Positions 1-10,529 of a stretch of DNA of 64,000 nucleotides are shown here, piece after piece (within the stretch, counting starts at the first letter, position 1; every line of letters starts with the position of its first letter). Under the pieces are notes generated by a model. That model was given only the letters and a program-made list of their open reading frames with translations, was not told the origin of the DNA and did no database searches. Source of the stretch: Lepidodermella squamata (taxonomy: Eukaryota > Animalia > Gastrotricha); contig JBLDXI010000015.1 of NCBI GenBank assembly GCA_047495785.1, positions 2,170,001-2,234,000 of the forward strand, in the 5' to 3' direction. The translations under genes and the position numbers were made by a program.

Positions 1-1941
1 TATTTTTTTAGATGGTTTTATTACTGTAGAATCGCTCACCCCAAGCGGGTAGGTAAGTATTTTTCTTGAAGAAATTTAACTGCAGTGCCGCGGAAATTCG
101 CGCGCTCTTAATTGCTCATTGTTTCGTAATGCACGCGATCGCACGCAGGTGGTAATTACTGGGGCGTCTGCAAGTCGTCGAAGTGACTTCTTTCCGCAGC
201 AAAATCAGACACACCGTTGCCCATAATGATCTTGTGGAAATGTGTAATTAGCACTTCCATACCTCAGCTAATGGATAGTCTTGTCTGATTAGCTGCTTTT
301 TCTGGTGCTTTCTGCAAAATTCTATTCTGCGTGTCTCTCTTCCGCTGTAATTATTGCTCTCTTGGCATCTTTCTCATTCCTTAGTAGATTTCATGTTTCT
401 ATTCTCAGATGACGCTTCCTAGCAATTAATCTCGTGCTACTTGGCGATTTTATGAATTGAAAATATACGTCATGTGTGTGGTGTCATAAAACTAGTAAAC
501 ATAAAAACCAGGCGCATTTGCCTTGTTATTCGCAACCACGCTGTTTCTCGTGTCTTTTCATTGCGCCGTTTTCCTTTCTAGGTCAGTGCAGCTGATATGA
601 ATGTGGCTGAAAGTTGGTCATTATATGATTATTGCCTTCTCAGTTTTGTGCGTAGGGTTTCGCTATTTTTAAGGTGGATGTTTTATTATGTGCGTTCTGT
701 TCTGCTTTTCTGAATTTTGCCACTTAATCGCAGTCTCTTCTCCCTAGCGCGTTTTCAAGTGGAGGAATGGGTGCGCTTCACGCCCTGTGTTCAATCACGC
801 GCGGATTCGGCGTTTTAATACGTGTGATAATCCACTTCTGTGTGGGTGTGTGTAACAACGCAACCGCCGATGCAAATCCGCTAAACAGCAAGTACCATCA
901 CGTCCTTCCGCATCGCACTTTTGTTTGAAGTGCAATGCTGTTAATTCTCGCTCCTCTACCGCCGTCACTCTACCGGTCTGTGTTTTCATGTGATAAAAAT
1001 CGATATCTCGATTACGTTGGTGGCTCACGCTAAAAGCCTCACTAGTATGGGCTCGCCAACCCAGGACTCGCCCAGGGCCATGAGGCCAATAACGACCCTC
1101 CAATGATTTGGCGGTCTCTCTCATTTCCGCCTAATAGATCTAACGGCCGCTTGCAGGGATTAATTTATTGATACCGAAATTTGTAGTTGATGACATTGAA
1201 ACTAGTCTTTTTCTGCGATTCCACCTTACTCTGTCATTATTTACATGTGAATTCCTTGCAAAAGCACGCCACTTGAGACACAGCGTGACGTAAAACAGCG
1301 GGGCGTTTGGTGTACTTTTAATTCTACCGTCTTGCGACGTATCAATCACGCTAAAACTAATAACCGCGGGGGTTGTTAATAACCGCGAGCAGTAACAATT
1401 TGCGCGTCAGAATGCCCGTGATTCGTAATTACGACTGCCGCACATTTCGCCAAACTTGATCAAACGCATTTCACGCATTTTACTCAAAAGCTGCGTGGTC
1501 TAATTTATGGCTAGCAAATTGAGCCGGTGCCGTAGGCTGGTTGGTGTTGGTAGCCGGCGGCCGTGGGAGACGCAGCACGCGGGACACTTTTTATATTATT
1601 TCAAATTCTCGAAAAGCGTAAATTTTACTCGTAGTGCGTGCAACCAGCCATGCGTTGTTGTCATCACCGCGGCGCTGCTAGTTTTTGCCGTTACGTTACA
1701 CGACCGCACAATGGCTGCAGTATTATAAATACCCCCGCCGTAATAATAATAGTAATCGTGATAGATGCTTTTTCTCTCTCCAACAAAAAATAAAGAGGAC
1801 CTGTTTTTCAAGTCGCGGCTTTGAATCGCATCAACAATGTACCCACTTTATTATTTATGTTATTTCTTTTACCAACGTCTACTGTAATTCTCAACGCTTT
1901 AACTACTTGATTCATTACTATCATCGTCGTCGTTTGATTGA

Positions 1942-2967
1942 ATGAGTAGTAACTTGGCCTGGCCGGATGTTTTGAGTGTTGAAGAGGGCGTCGTCGACAA
2001 AAAACGGCCGCGATTTTTTATGAAACACTCCGACGACAGCGATGACGAATTTGATGCGAGCGCGATAACGAGTAACACGCCACGTGCCAGCATCCACGTG
2101 GCGACACATCGTCATTTCCCCTCAGCGAACAATAACAACAACAGGAACAGCAACGCAGTTGTTTCCTCGACAACGTCAGCTTCCAAGTCTGAGTTGGAGA
2201 TTGTTAGGGCTGAGCTGAAAAAAGCGCAACAGCGACTGGCGGACGAGCGGCGGAAAATCGGCGCTACTGATGCTGCGGTAGCGACGGCGGTGAAGAAGGT
2301 GGCGGCTGTTAAGCAGCAGCTTAACCTCGCCCAGTCTCGTTTTATGCGCGAAAAACGCGACCTCTCTGCGTCGATTACTAATTTGCAGTGCGAGTTGGCT
2401 CGACTGCGCGAGGAAAACTCGCGATTACGCAAAAGCGGCTGCAGCAATAGTAATAATAATAATAATCAAAACAATCAGCAAACGCAAATTACTAAAAGCA
2501 ACAGCGGCGAAATTATCATTGCATCTCTTCTTCGCAATTTACTCACTGAAAAAGCGAAAACTGCTCTGCGGCAAATTGACCCATTGGAAGAAACTGGTGA
2601 AAAGCCGCTTCAAAAACAGCAACCGCCTGTCAAAAATTTGCCTAGCGCTAGTGCCAATTCAATGTTGGTGCAAATTTCGGACATCAAGGCCGAGTTCAAG
2701 GGTGATAATGCGACGAAACAGGCGGCGCAGGAGGCGATTTCAGAGCTGAAAGCTGCCTTTGACGAGTTTGCTCGTGGCGTTGTTTCGCCCGTTGCCACTC
2801 TTGCGGCGTCGTCAAGCCCCGAGGCGCCGTCCTCGTCGAGGACGCCCTCGTTGAAAATGGTGTCGACGTCGCCGGTTTCTTCGCCTACCAACTCACCGCG
2901 TCCTGATTACTCTTCATCTTCTCTTATCGTCATGCCCGGGCCGCCGCCTGGTTTTGAGGATTTCTAA
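1942..2967 (+). CDS. Orphan coiled-coil protein A (341 aa, single exon); N/Q/S-rich, NLS-like KKRPR, C-terminal PPPGF
   Basis: Long ORF with a heptad-like segment (ELEIVRAELKKAQQRLADERR...LQCELARLREENSRLRK) and low-complexity flanks; TATAAAT at 1724-1730. Lacks the full family motif of genes B-F. Confidence 0.7.
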   Translation: MSSNLAWPDVLSVEEGVVDKKRPRFFMKHSDDSDDEFDASAITSNTPRASIHVATHRHFPSANNNNNRNSNAVVSSTTSASKSELEIVRAELKKAQQRLADERRKIGATDAAVATAVKKVAAVKQQLNLAQSRFMREKRDLSASITNLQCELARLREENSRLRKSGCSNSNNNNNQNNQQTQITKSNSGEIIIASLLRNLLTEKAKTALRQIDPLEETGEKPLQKQQPPVKNLPSASANSMLVQISDIKAEFKGDNATKQAAQEAISELKAAFDEFARGVVSPVATLAASSSPEAPSSSRTPSLKMVSTSPVSSPTNSPRPDYSSSSLIVMPGPPPGFEDF

Positions 2968-3165
2968 CTACAAATCAACACGACTCAACTGCCTAATACT
3001 CATCCAATTGCTCCTCAAATTAACTTAATTACACAACAAAAAAGTTTTTTATTTTTAAGGTGGAAAAACAGTATTTTCTTCTCTCGGTTGTTCTATTTTT
3101 CGCATCTTGAGAAAGCAATAAAATAATTTCTATTTTTTTCTAGATTTTTTGCGTGTGTTTTGAAC

Positions 3166-4159
3166 ATGTCTGCGCTTTGGCCTGATTTGGTTAAGCGCTT
3201 GTTGTCGCTTGGTTTAGGCGAAAACTTCATCGCCGCCATCGAAAAGGAGTGCCCGACGCCTGAAGTCATCGCCGCTGTGATAGAATTCGCCGAATCGAAA
3301 CACCAGCCCCGCGAGGCTCGCATGCAGTTCCTGGAGGCGGAAAATCAGCGGTTGCACGACGCTAAATTTCGCCTCGAAATGGCGTTGCGATGCGCGAAAA
3401 AACGCGTCGACCTCGGCGTAGTCGACGAATCCGTCGTTGAAAAAGACAAGAAAATCGCCCAGCTGAGCGCTGAACTCGCCGATTTGAAGCAGAACTCTGC
3501 GTTGATTCAAGAAAAATTGACGCAAGAAAACTCGTTTCTCGCCGAGAGTTTGCAACAAGCTCGAGCTGCCGCGGAAAAATTCGAAGCTCAATACCGCGAG
3601 GCGCTGGATGAAAGCGACAAGGTCCATGAAGAAAATTCGTCTCTCAAAAAGAAACTCAAACAACTGTCTAGTCAAATTGAAGACCTCAAGAAGCCGAGAT
3701 CCTTAGAACAAGAAGTAAGAATTTTTATTAAGGTGGATTTTTTAAAAATTTGTTTTGAATTTTTAGAACGCGACAGCTGCGCGATTTATCGGCCCGAAAA
3801 AGCGAGCGATCGACGCGACTGAAACGGTTGTGAATGTCGTAAATTCGGTGTATCAACAACCCGGTCGACAGCTTCAAATGCCGTCACAATCGATGCCGTC
3901 TTATTCGCTTCAAAATTTCGCAACGCCGCCGACGCCGATTACGCCGGAAAATTTCGGTCAGCCAATGTACCCGCAGCATTATCAACCTCAGCAGCAGCAA
4001 ATGCAGACCGTGTTTCCTGCGCAGCGATCGCCGCCCCAATTTAACCAACCTCAGCAGCAATTATATGCAACACCGCCACAGCAGCAACAGCAGCAGCAAC
4101 AACAACATCGGGCTTATAATAATGGATTAGGTCAATTTCGAAGTGATGCCTATGCGTAG
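3166..4159 (+). CDS. Orphan family gene B (~313 aa): N-terminal motif, coiled coil, Q/P-rich tail; exons 3166-3714, 3767-4159
   Basis: Phase-0 intron 3715-3766 (gtaaga...ttttag) joins ORFs 3160 and 3830 in frame; motif LWPDLVKRLLSLGLGENFIAAIEKECPTPEVIAAVIEFAE. Confidence 0.75.
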
Positions 4160-4845
4160 TCAGCAATTAATTACCTCTTGTTTTTACGATAATTTGCTTA
4201 AGAAAGATAATCTCAACGAAACTCGCGCGATTTTATTGCCGCTTTTTGCTCTTTTCTTGTTTTGATGTCTCGCTCAGACGAAATAAAGAAAAGCTAATAT
4301 ACTGACTGTTGTGATTTTGAAATTTTTCGGTAATTTTTGTCTAGGTGTGGACAGGCGAGGTTGAAATTTGTGATGATTGATGCGGAGAAACCCACCGAAG
4401 AGAAAATTGTCGAAGAAATTGAAACGACTGCTGGTGCTGGTAAGGTTAGGTTCGAAGAACATCTAGTCTTGCTTCTTGAAGCTACGGTCAACTGAAAATA
4501 CCACGGCAATTAGTGGCGAGATAAATCGTGAAAAACCAGGTTCGAATTATTGTTATCAGTTGGTTAACAATTTTGAAAAAACGTTATTTTTGAGTTTTCG
4601 AGTGACATTTTTTGTAATTGTAATTTTAGCCAATTGGGAGTTTCTGGAATATGCTCAGCATTTTTTAGACGGGCAGGAATTATAAATTGAACTGTCTAGC
4701 TTCGTCCGAGCTCCGGATTTTGTAGCTGTTTTGTTCGGGCATGTAAGTATCGCGTTTCAAGGGCAGCGCACCTCCTTACACCTAGCGTCGTTTTCCAAAA
4801 TTTTAATTTCTTGAAAAAATATGTCAATTTTTTTATAATTCCAGG

Positions 4846-5138
4846 TTGGCTCACAAATCGTTGCTTATTAGTTAAGGCTTAATTCTCAGTCTGAGAGCGA
4901 TTTTGCACTCGAAATGCTCGTATGCCTTGGCTGGATTGTGAGCGCAAAAAGCTCATTCAGATCGAACACACGTGTATCTTATCCGGTTTCGGCTGGGTCT
5001 GATGCTGTCAGTATTTGGCCTTATGAATCGCCTCACCGTCGACTTCAGCACCGCTGAGGGGCAAACGCACTATAATTTGCTCACACAAATATCTTCTACG
5101 CCTATCCTTATTGCTTGAGGTAACCATTTGTGAGCCAA
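4846..5138 (+). ncRNA. Candidate structured RNA or fold-back element, unidentified (~290 nt)
   Basis: 21-bp terminal stem with G-U pairs, an internal imperfect hairpin (4890-4961) and a UUCG-capped stem; no convincing ORF and no recognisable family motif. Confidence 0.3.
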
Positions 5139-6385
5139 GCGTTAAGGTTAAGGCTACTGATAGCTTTTGCCAGATTTGAATTCGATTTCATTCGATTTAT
5201 GCTCCCTTTATACTAATTTCGATTTAAAATGATTTTCTGTATTTTACCGGAATGGATCGAATTCACCCGGATTCTGAGCGAGGTGCTTCAATCTCGCCAA
5301 AATCTTTAATTTCACATAACCTTGCTTTTATATGGAATTTCAGGAATATTTTTTTAAATTCGAGAAGCTCGACCATGTCTTTAATCATCAAAACGGTTTA
5401 CAGCTGCTTTGATCGACGGAAAAAATGTCTTGCTTCAGCATTTTAGGTGTTTCACGGATTTTCTGCTATTCTGCAGATTTATTTCTCGAGGTTTTAGCGC
5501 GCGAAATTCATGTGCGTGCGCGCATTTACGCTAAAACTGCGAAATCTCGAGATTGATATCGCGTGACCGTGAGTATTTTTCTCTGGGGCGTGGCGCGACC
5601 GGCCTTCCTTTGACACTAACTAATAGCATAGCTGTGATTACAAAGTCAGCTGTTCGCTTCGCCCCCATCAAATTTTGCGAAGTGATGCGAAGTGATGCCG
5701 TTCAAAATTGTTGAAGTAAAATTGCGCAACGAAAATGGAGGAGGGCATATGAACGAAAATTTACAAAAGAGAAACGAAATACGAGCGAGACGAATTTAGC
5801 GCAACGGCAGAAGAGCAACTCTTGGCGTTTTATACCAAATTGCTGGTTGCTAAATGTGAAAACTTGGCACCAAATGCAATTTTACGCGAAAGTGTCATTT
5901 TTCTAATAATTTTGTCAGCTCGTGGTTACCCTGTGTTCACGAAAGTGATGATAAGGCCAACTTATTTGTTAAAAGTGAAATTACCCAAAAATGTCTCTTT
6001 TTTATAAATAACCCTATAATTTCCACACATTTTGAATGGACACTTTTTGCAATAAATCATTCAAAATTTGATTTGGCTGAAATAATGACCCTATTTTATT
6101 GCCTTTATTTTCTATTAGGTCGAATTCTTCGGTGTGTAATCCGATTAAGTTCCTTGAAACGAGCAAAATGGCTGGTAAAACTTGATTGAGTCTCAATTTC
6201 AGTGAAGTTGAACGGAATGAAAACTTGTTTCTTATCGCTTCGATCCTCTATAGAATTTCATTTTGACCTAGCCGAAAAATATTTCTGCCTCTTCATTATG
6301 AATTTTTTCAACTTTCCATCATTGACTTGTTTGGAGAAAGCTTGTTAGTCGATAGTTGATTTATTGATTTTTCCGCTTATAGGCG

Positions 6386-8868
6386 ATGTTTCGTCCAAGT
6401 TTTTACCCGTTACATCCCGATTATGTTTGTTTTTTAAATCGCCTCGGCGTTGACGATGAGCTAATTAACGCTCTGCAGTATGTACCGCCCAACAGCCCGG
6501 TTCACAACGCAATTGTCAATTCACATGAACGTAGGCTCAAATCCGATTTCAATCAAGCCCATGGCGCCTTTGATAAATTGGAAAAAGCCGAGGAAAAATT
6601 GGAAATGCTTCAATCGTCGCTGGAGAAGTCGATGCTTCGAAGTGAAGAATTATTAAAATCGAAAATGGCCCTGACTTCGAAATGCGAATTTGCGGAGAGA
6701 AAAATTGCCGAGTTGCAAACTTTGCTGGACGAATCGAAAATTCAGGCTGAACTGCTGGCAAAAAGCAATGCCCATCTGCATCTGACAATCGCGACGCTTA
6801 ATTCTGAGAATAGTCACTTGATTTTAAAGCGGCTGGAAAATAGCCGAGACACCGCAACTATGACAGATCAATCGGAGGATGTGACGGCGGCTTTGCGAGT
6901 TCAAGTCAAAGAGTTATCCCAGAAATTTGCGAGCGCCGAATTGGAAACGCTGCGTTGGAAGTCGAAGATCTTGCAAATCAGAGAACAAGAGCAAGTTAAG
7001 GCTGTGCGGCGAGGTTTGATGAAAACGCTCAAGGTCAGATTTTATTAGATTGTCCGAAACTAGAGGTCATAAAAATTACTCTGAAATTTGAAGCTTTTCC
7101 GATTTTATTGATTTTTTCTGCTTGGCAACTATGCCGAACCTCTTTTTCACAAATTTCGCGTGTATTCTTCCTTGAAAAATTGAAGAGTGCGGCTATTCGT
7201 ACATACATATGTACGCCATTTTGGCTATTCGTACATATATATGTACGTCATTTTGGCTATTCGTACATATATATGTACGCGAAAATGGCTATTCGTACAT
7301 ATTTTCAGCTGATTTTTTGCTGATATTCAATTTGATGCTGAATTTTAACGGTAGCTCATAGAAACTTGAGAATTTAGGGGAAGATGTGCCTAATTGTGCA
7401 GAAGTTGTGCCAACAAATTTGACATGCTGGGACCAACCTACCTTTCGGGATGGGCCTAAAACCGATTTATCATTTACCCCTCTAGTTTCCTTAGAGATGT
7501 GCCCACGGAGCTGAAAATTTCAGGGTTCTAAATTCACCCAATTTCCGATGTGTAGTAAAAAATTCAACGCGTTATCTCACAAATTGTACACATGGCATCA
7601 GTTCAATTTATTTCTAAAAATATATGTACGAATAGCCAAAATTGCGTACATATATATGGGTCAATTCAAAAAAAAGTAACACACGAAGTATAGTAAATTT
7701 GCACAATGATGGCTGAATGAAGGGAGTACGAATGAAGAGAATACCGCCCTAATTTTTAGTTAATAGAATGATAGTTTTTATGTCCTGATGTAAATGGCAT
7801 GAAAATCGAGCTAAAAATATCCTGATTCGCATAAAAGTACACCTGATCCCATCCCTGAACGGGACAAAATTACGGTGGAATATCAAGAAAAAATATTATA
7901 AATGCAAAGAAAATCTTTCGGAATATTTCATTTTTTCACTGCTATTTTGATAAAAATAATATTACTTTCCCAGATGAAATGTGTTATTTACGTCTTTGTT
8001 TCCTGCTAGAAACAGCAGACTATATGCTGTGTTGAGCCCTAGCTAACTCAAGCTCGTGATCTATTCCTTTTTTATGAATGCTCCCATCCAATTCTGAGAT
8101 AACGCTGGGTGGGATTTAATTTATTGAGAATAAGTATATGTTTTTAGTTGATTGGACATCACTCTTTGCAGAATATTTTATGGTGGCTTTGTCAAGTGAT
8201 TTTTTTCAGCGGGCGAGCATATAAGATACTGAATCTACAGTATCTTTTCTTATGTTTGAATGGTAAACAGCAGTTCGATTGGCCTGATTTTTCGGCGATA
8301 AAAAAAGCAACTGAAGCAACTGAAGCAAAAAAGCAACTTCGAATTATACAATTCAGGCAGCCACGTACATTTATGTTTGACGAATATTAAGTCGCACCAG
8401 TCGTGCCTTCGCATAAAAGTACTTGCGACCAAATTCGTGGCAAACATACAAGTACTATCCCAAAGGCCGAATAGGGCCTTGACATAAACAAATTCAATCT
8501 GGTAATGAGGCACTGTCGCGCCCACACATAAATATACTAGAATGAATTTGTTTATGTCTTAACCCTATGTACGAATAGCCATTTTCGCGTACATATATAT
8601 GTACGAATAGCCACTCTGAAAATTGAATGACAGGGTTCAGGACTACATTTTCCTTAAATTTAGAGCTGATATCGATTATAGGTATCAGTTTTAAATTTTA
8701 ATGAAATTAATGAAATTTTAAATTATAAAAAAAACTTAATTTTCTCGTTTTCAGGATGGTTGTCATTGCCACAAGAAAACCAGCAAGAAGCGCCGCCATT
8801 GTAAGGGTCAGAAATCGTCGAAAAAAGACAACAATTCGGAGGAATTTGCTATTGTGGTTTCGGACTGA
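6386..8868 (+). CDS. Orphan family gene C (~253 aa): motif, coiled coil, basic tail; exons 6386-7033, 8755-8868
   Basis: Donor aag|gtcaga at 7034 and acceptor tttcag at 8754, phase 0; tail DGCHCHKKTSKKRRHCKGQK...VSD*; motif LHPDYVCFLNRLGVDDELINALQYVPPNSPVHNAIV. Confidence 0.7.
7185..8618. mobile_element. Non-autonomous Mutator/Foldback-like DNA transposon in the intron of gene C
   Basis: Inverted termini built of repeated GGCTATTCGTACATATATATGTACG units; exact 9-bp target-site duplication AAAATTGAA at 7176-7184 and 8619-8627. Confidence 0.8.
7658..8565. mobile_element. Nested non-autonomous DNA element (GGG...CCC termini, 3-bp TSD TAT); superfamily uncertain
   Basis: Splits one subterminal unit of the host element: GCGTACATATATAT|GGGTCAA...TTAACCC|TATGTACGAATAGCC. 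Confidence 0.65.
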
Positions 8869-9293
8869 AATAACGAGTCGAACTTCCCTGAAAATTGGTC
8901 ATTTTTCGTTATCGAATCACAATCCTTAAAACTATTCAGCATATTTTCCACCAAATGCTATGTATCTATATATTTCCACCGTCAAATTTGCAAGCTTTTC
9001 ACGGAAAAATCCTCCTTAATTAATATTATCCTCAATTAAATAATATTACCTATTTTGGCTAGTCGTTTTTCCATTCTGTGTGTATTTCTCAATTTTTGTT
9101 GATTTTTTGTATCGAATAAGTGGTAAAATGTGCGAAGCAAAATATTGAAAGACCGACTATAAGGTCAGGAAAATAAATATAGAATTCGAATGCATTATTC
9201 ATTCATCTATTATTTTGTAGGAATTTATCTGAATTTCTCTTGTTTTTAGATTTATATATATTTTTATTTACCAATTTATTTACCAATTATTTA

Positions 9294-10365
9294 ATGAGTT
9301 ACAAACTACCGGCTGATGTAAAGGCGTATTTCTCGAGAATCGGCTTCGACGACCGAGCAATCGCCGCCTTTGAATCACAAGAGCTTTCGATCGCAGTCAT
9401 CAATTCGATAATTCGATTTGCTCGGAACAAGACACAGGAAATCGACCTGCTTAAAAACAACGAATTATTACCTCGGCCTAAAGACGAGGATTTTTTCGAT
9501 AAATCGCAGGTGAAAAATGACGATGAAGTGAATCGGTTATCGCAAGAATTATCGACGGCGAAACAATTCAACGAAAAATTGAAGGCCGAGCTCGAAAGTG
9601 CTCAAATTCTTATAAAAAACATGAATGCGAATCTGGCGAGGCTGAACGACGAAAGCCACCTGCAAATGTATACCCTCGAAGTGCTTCACAACGAAAACGT
9701 CCAACTCGAGAAGGAAGTTGAAGTGCTGAAAAATGAAAATAAGCTAGCAAAGCAGATCTGCGAGGCTAGAACTGAGGCGGTTGCCGCGAGCCGGGCGGAA
9801 TCTAACAAGCAAGTTGACGCGTTGAAGCGAAAAATCGAGGCGTTGCGCGTGGAAAAACGCGAATTGAAGACTAAACTCAGCGAATTTCAGTCGACTATTG
9901 CCGACATGAAGCGAGTCATTTTCGGCGACACTCGTGAAAAGGTTCGCGTTTTTTTCTTAATTTTAGATGAAGTGTCGGGAATTGGTTGTGGATTGTAAAA
10001 TCAGCGCATCGTTGAATTTCGCGCTTCAAGATGGCAAAAAATCCTCTTTTCTACATTTTTCCAAAAAATTCCGAAATGTTTGAGAAATTGCCTATTTCGG
10101 AGCCGAATTTCATAATTTGGACTTTACAGGTAATTAAGTTGGAATGTAAATGTTCACCTTGATCGATCGCTGAATTTAATTTAAAATTTTTAATTAATTT
10201 TTTTAGTCGAAAACTGGCGGATCGAAAAGGCCCGAAAACGAGACAAAACGGCCGAAAAAGCCGAGAAGATCTGACGATTTGGAGAAGCAAAGTGAAAGTC
10301 GACAGAGCCTGGAAGATGGCGAAATTCGGGACGAACCAGCGCCGCCTCGCAAGAAATCCTATTGA
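9294..10365 (+). CDS. Orphan family gene D (~268 aa): motif, coiled coil, tail with NLS-like clusters and LEDGEI; exons 9294-9941, 10207-10365
   Basis: Phase-0 intron aag|gttcgc...ttttag; exon 2 open to TGA at 10363-10365; motif LPADVKAYFSRIGFDDRAIAAFESQELSIAVINSII. Confidence 0.75.
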
Positions 10366-10529
10366 AAAAATATCCGCAACTTTTTTGCGTCTTTTGTTGT
10401 TGTGTTGTTGTTGCTCACTATTATTTCAATTTAAACTCATTTTAAGCTAGATTTCTTTCAGCATTTGTTTCATGAATTATACAATTTTTAAATGTAACTT
10501 TTCTCGAAATTAGATTTTTGCTGAAAAAA

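Noticed and set aside
795-1945. Short ORFs in the first 2 kb
   Set aside because: No recognisable motifs, overlapping on both strands; likely non-coding or promoter DNA.
4345-4439. Small exon-like ORF (MIDAEKPTEEKIVEEIETTAGA) with a gtaagg donor
   Set aside because: Splicing to the next acceptor (4844) gives a stop after ~12 codons; cannot support a protein-coding call.
4846-5160. Hammerhead ribozyme or telomerase RNA
   Set aside because: No exact CUGANGA...GAAA core on either strand and no TTAGGG-type template; TTAAGGTTAAGG alone is insufficient.
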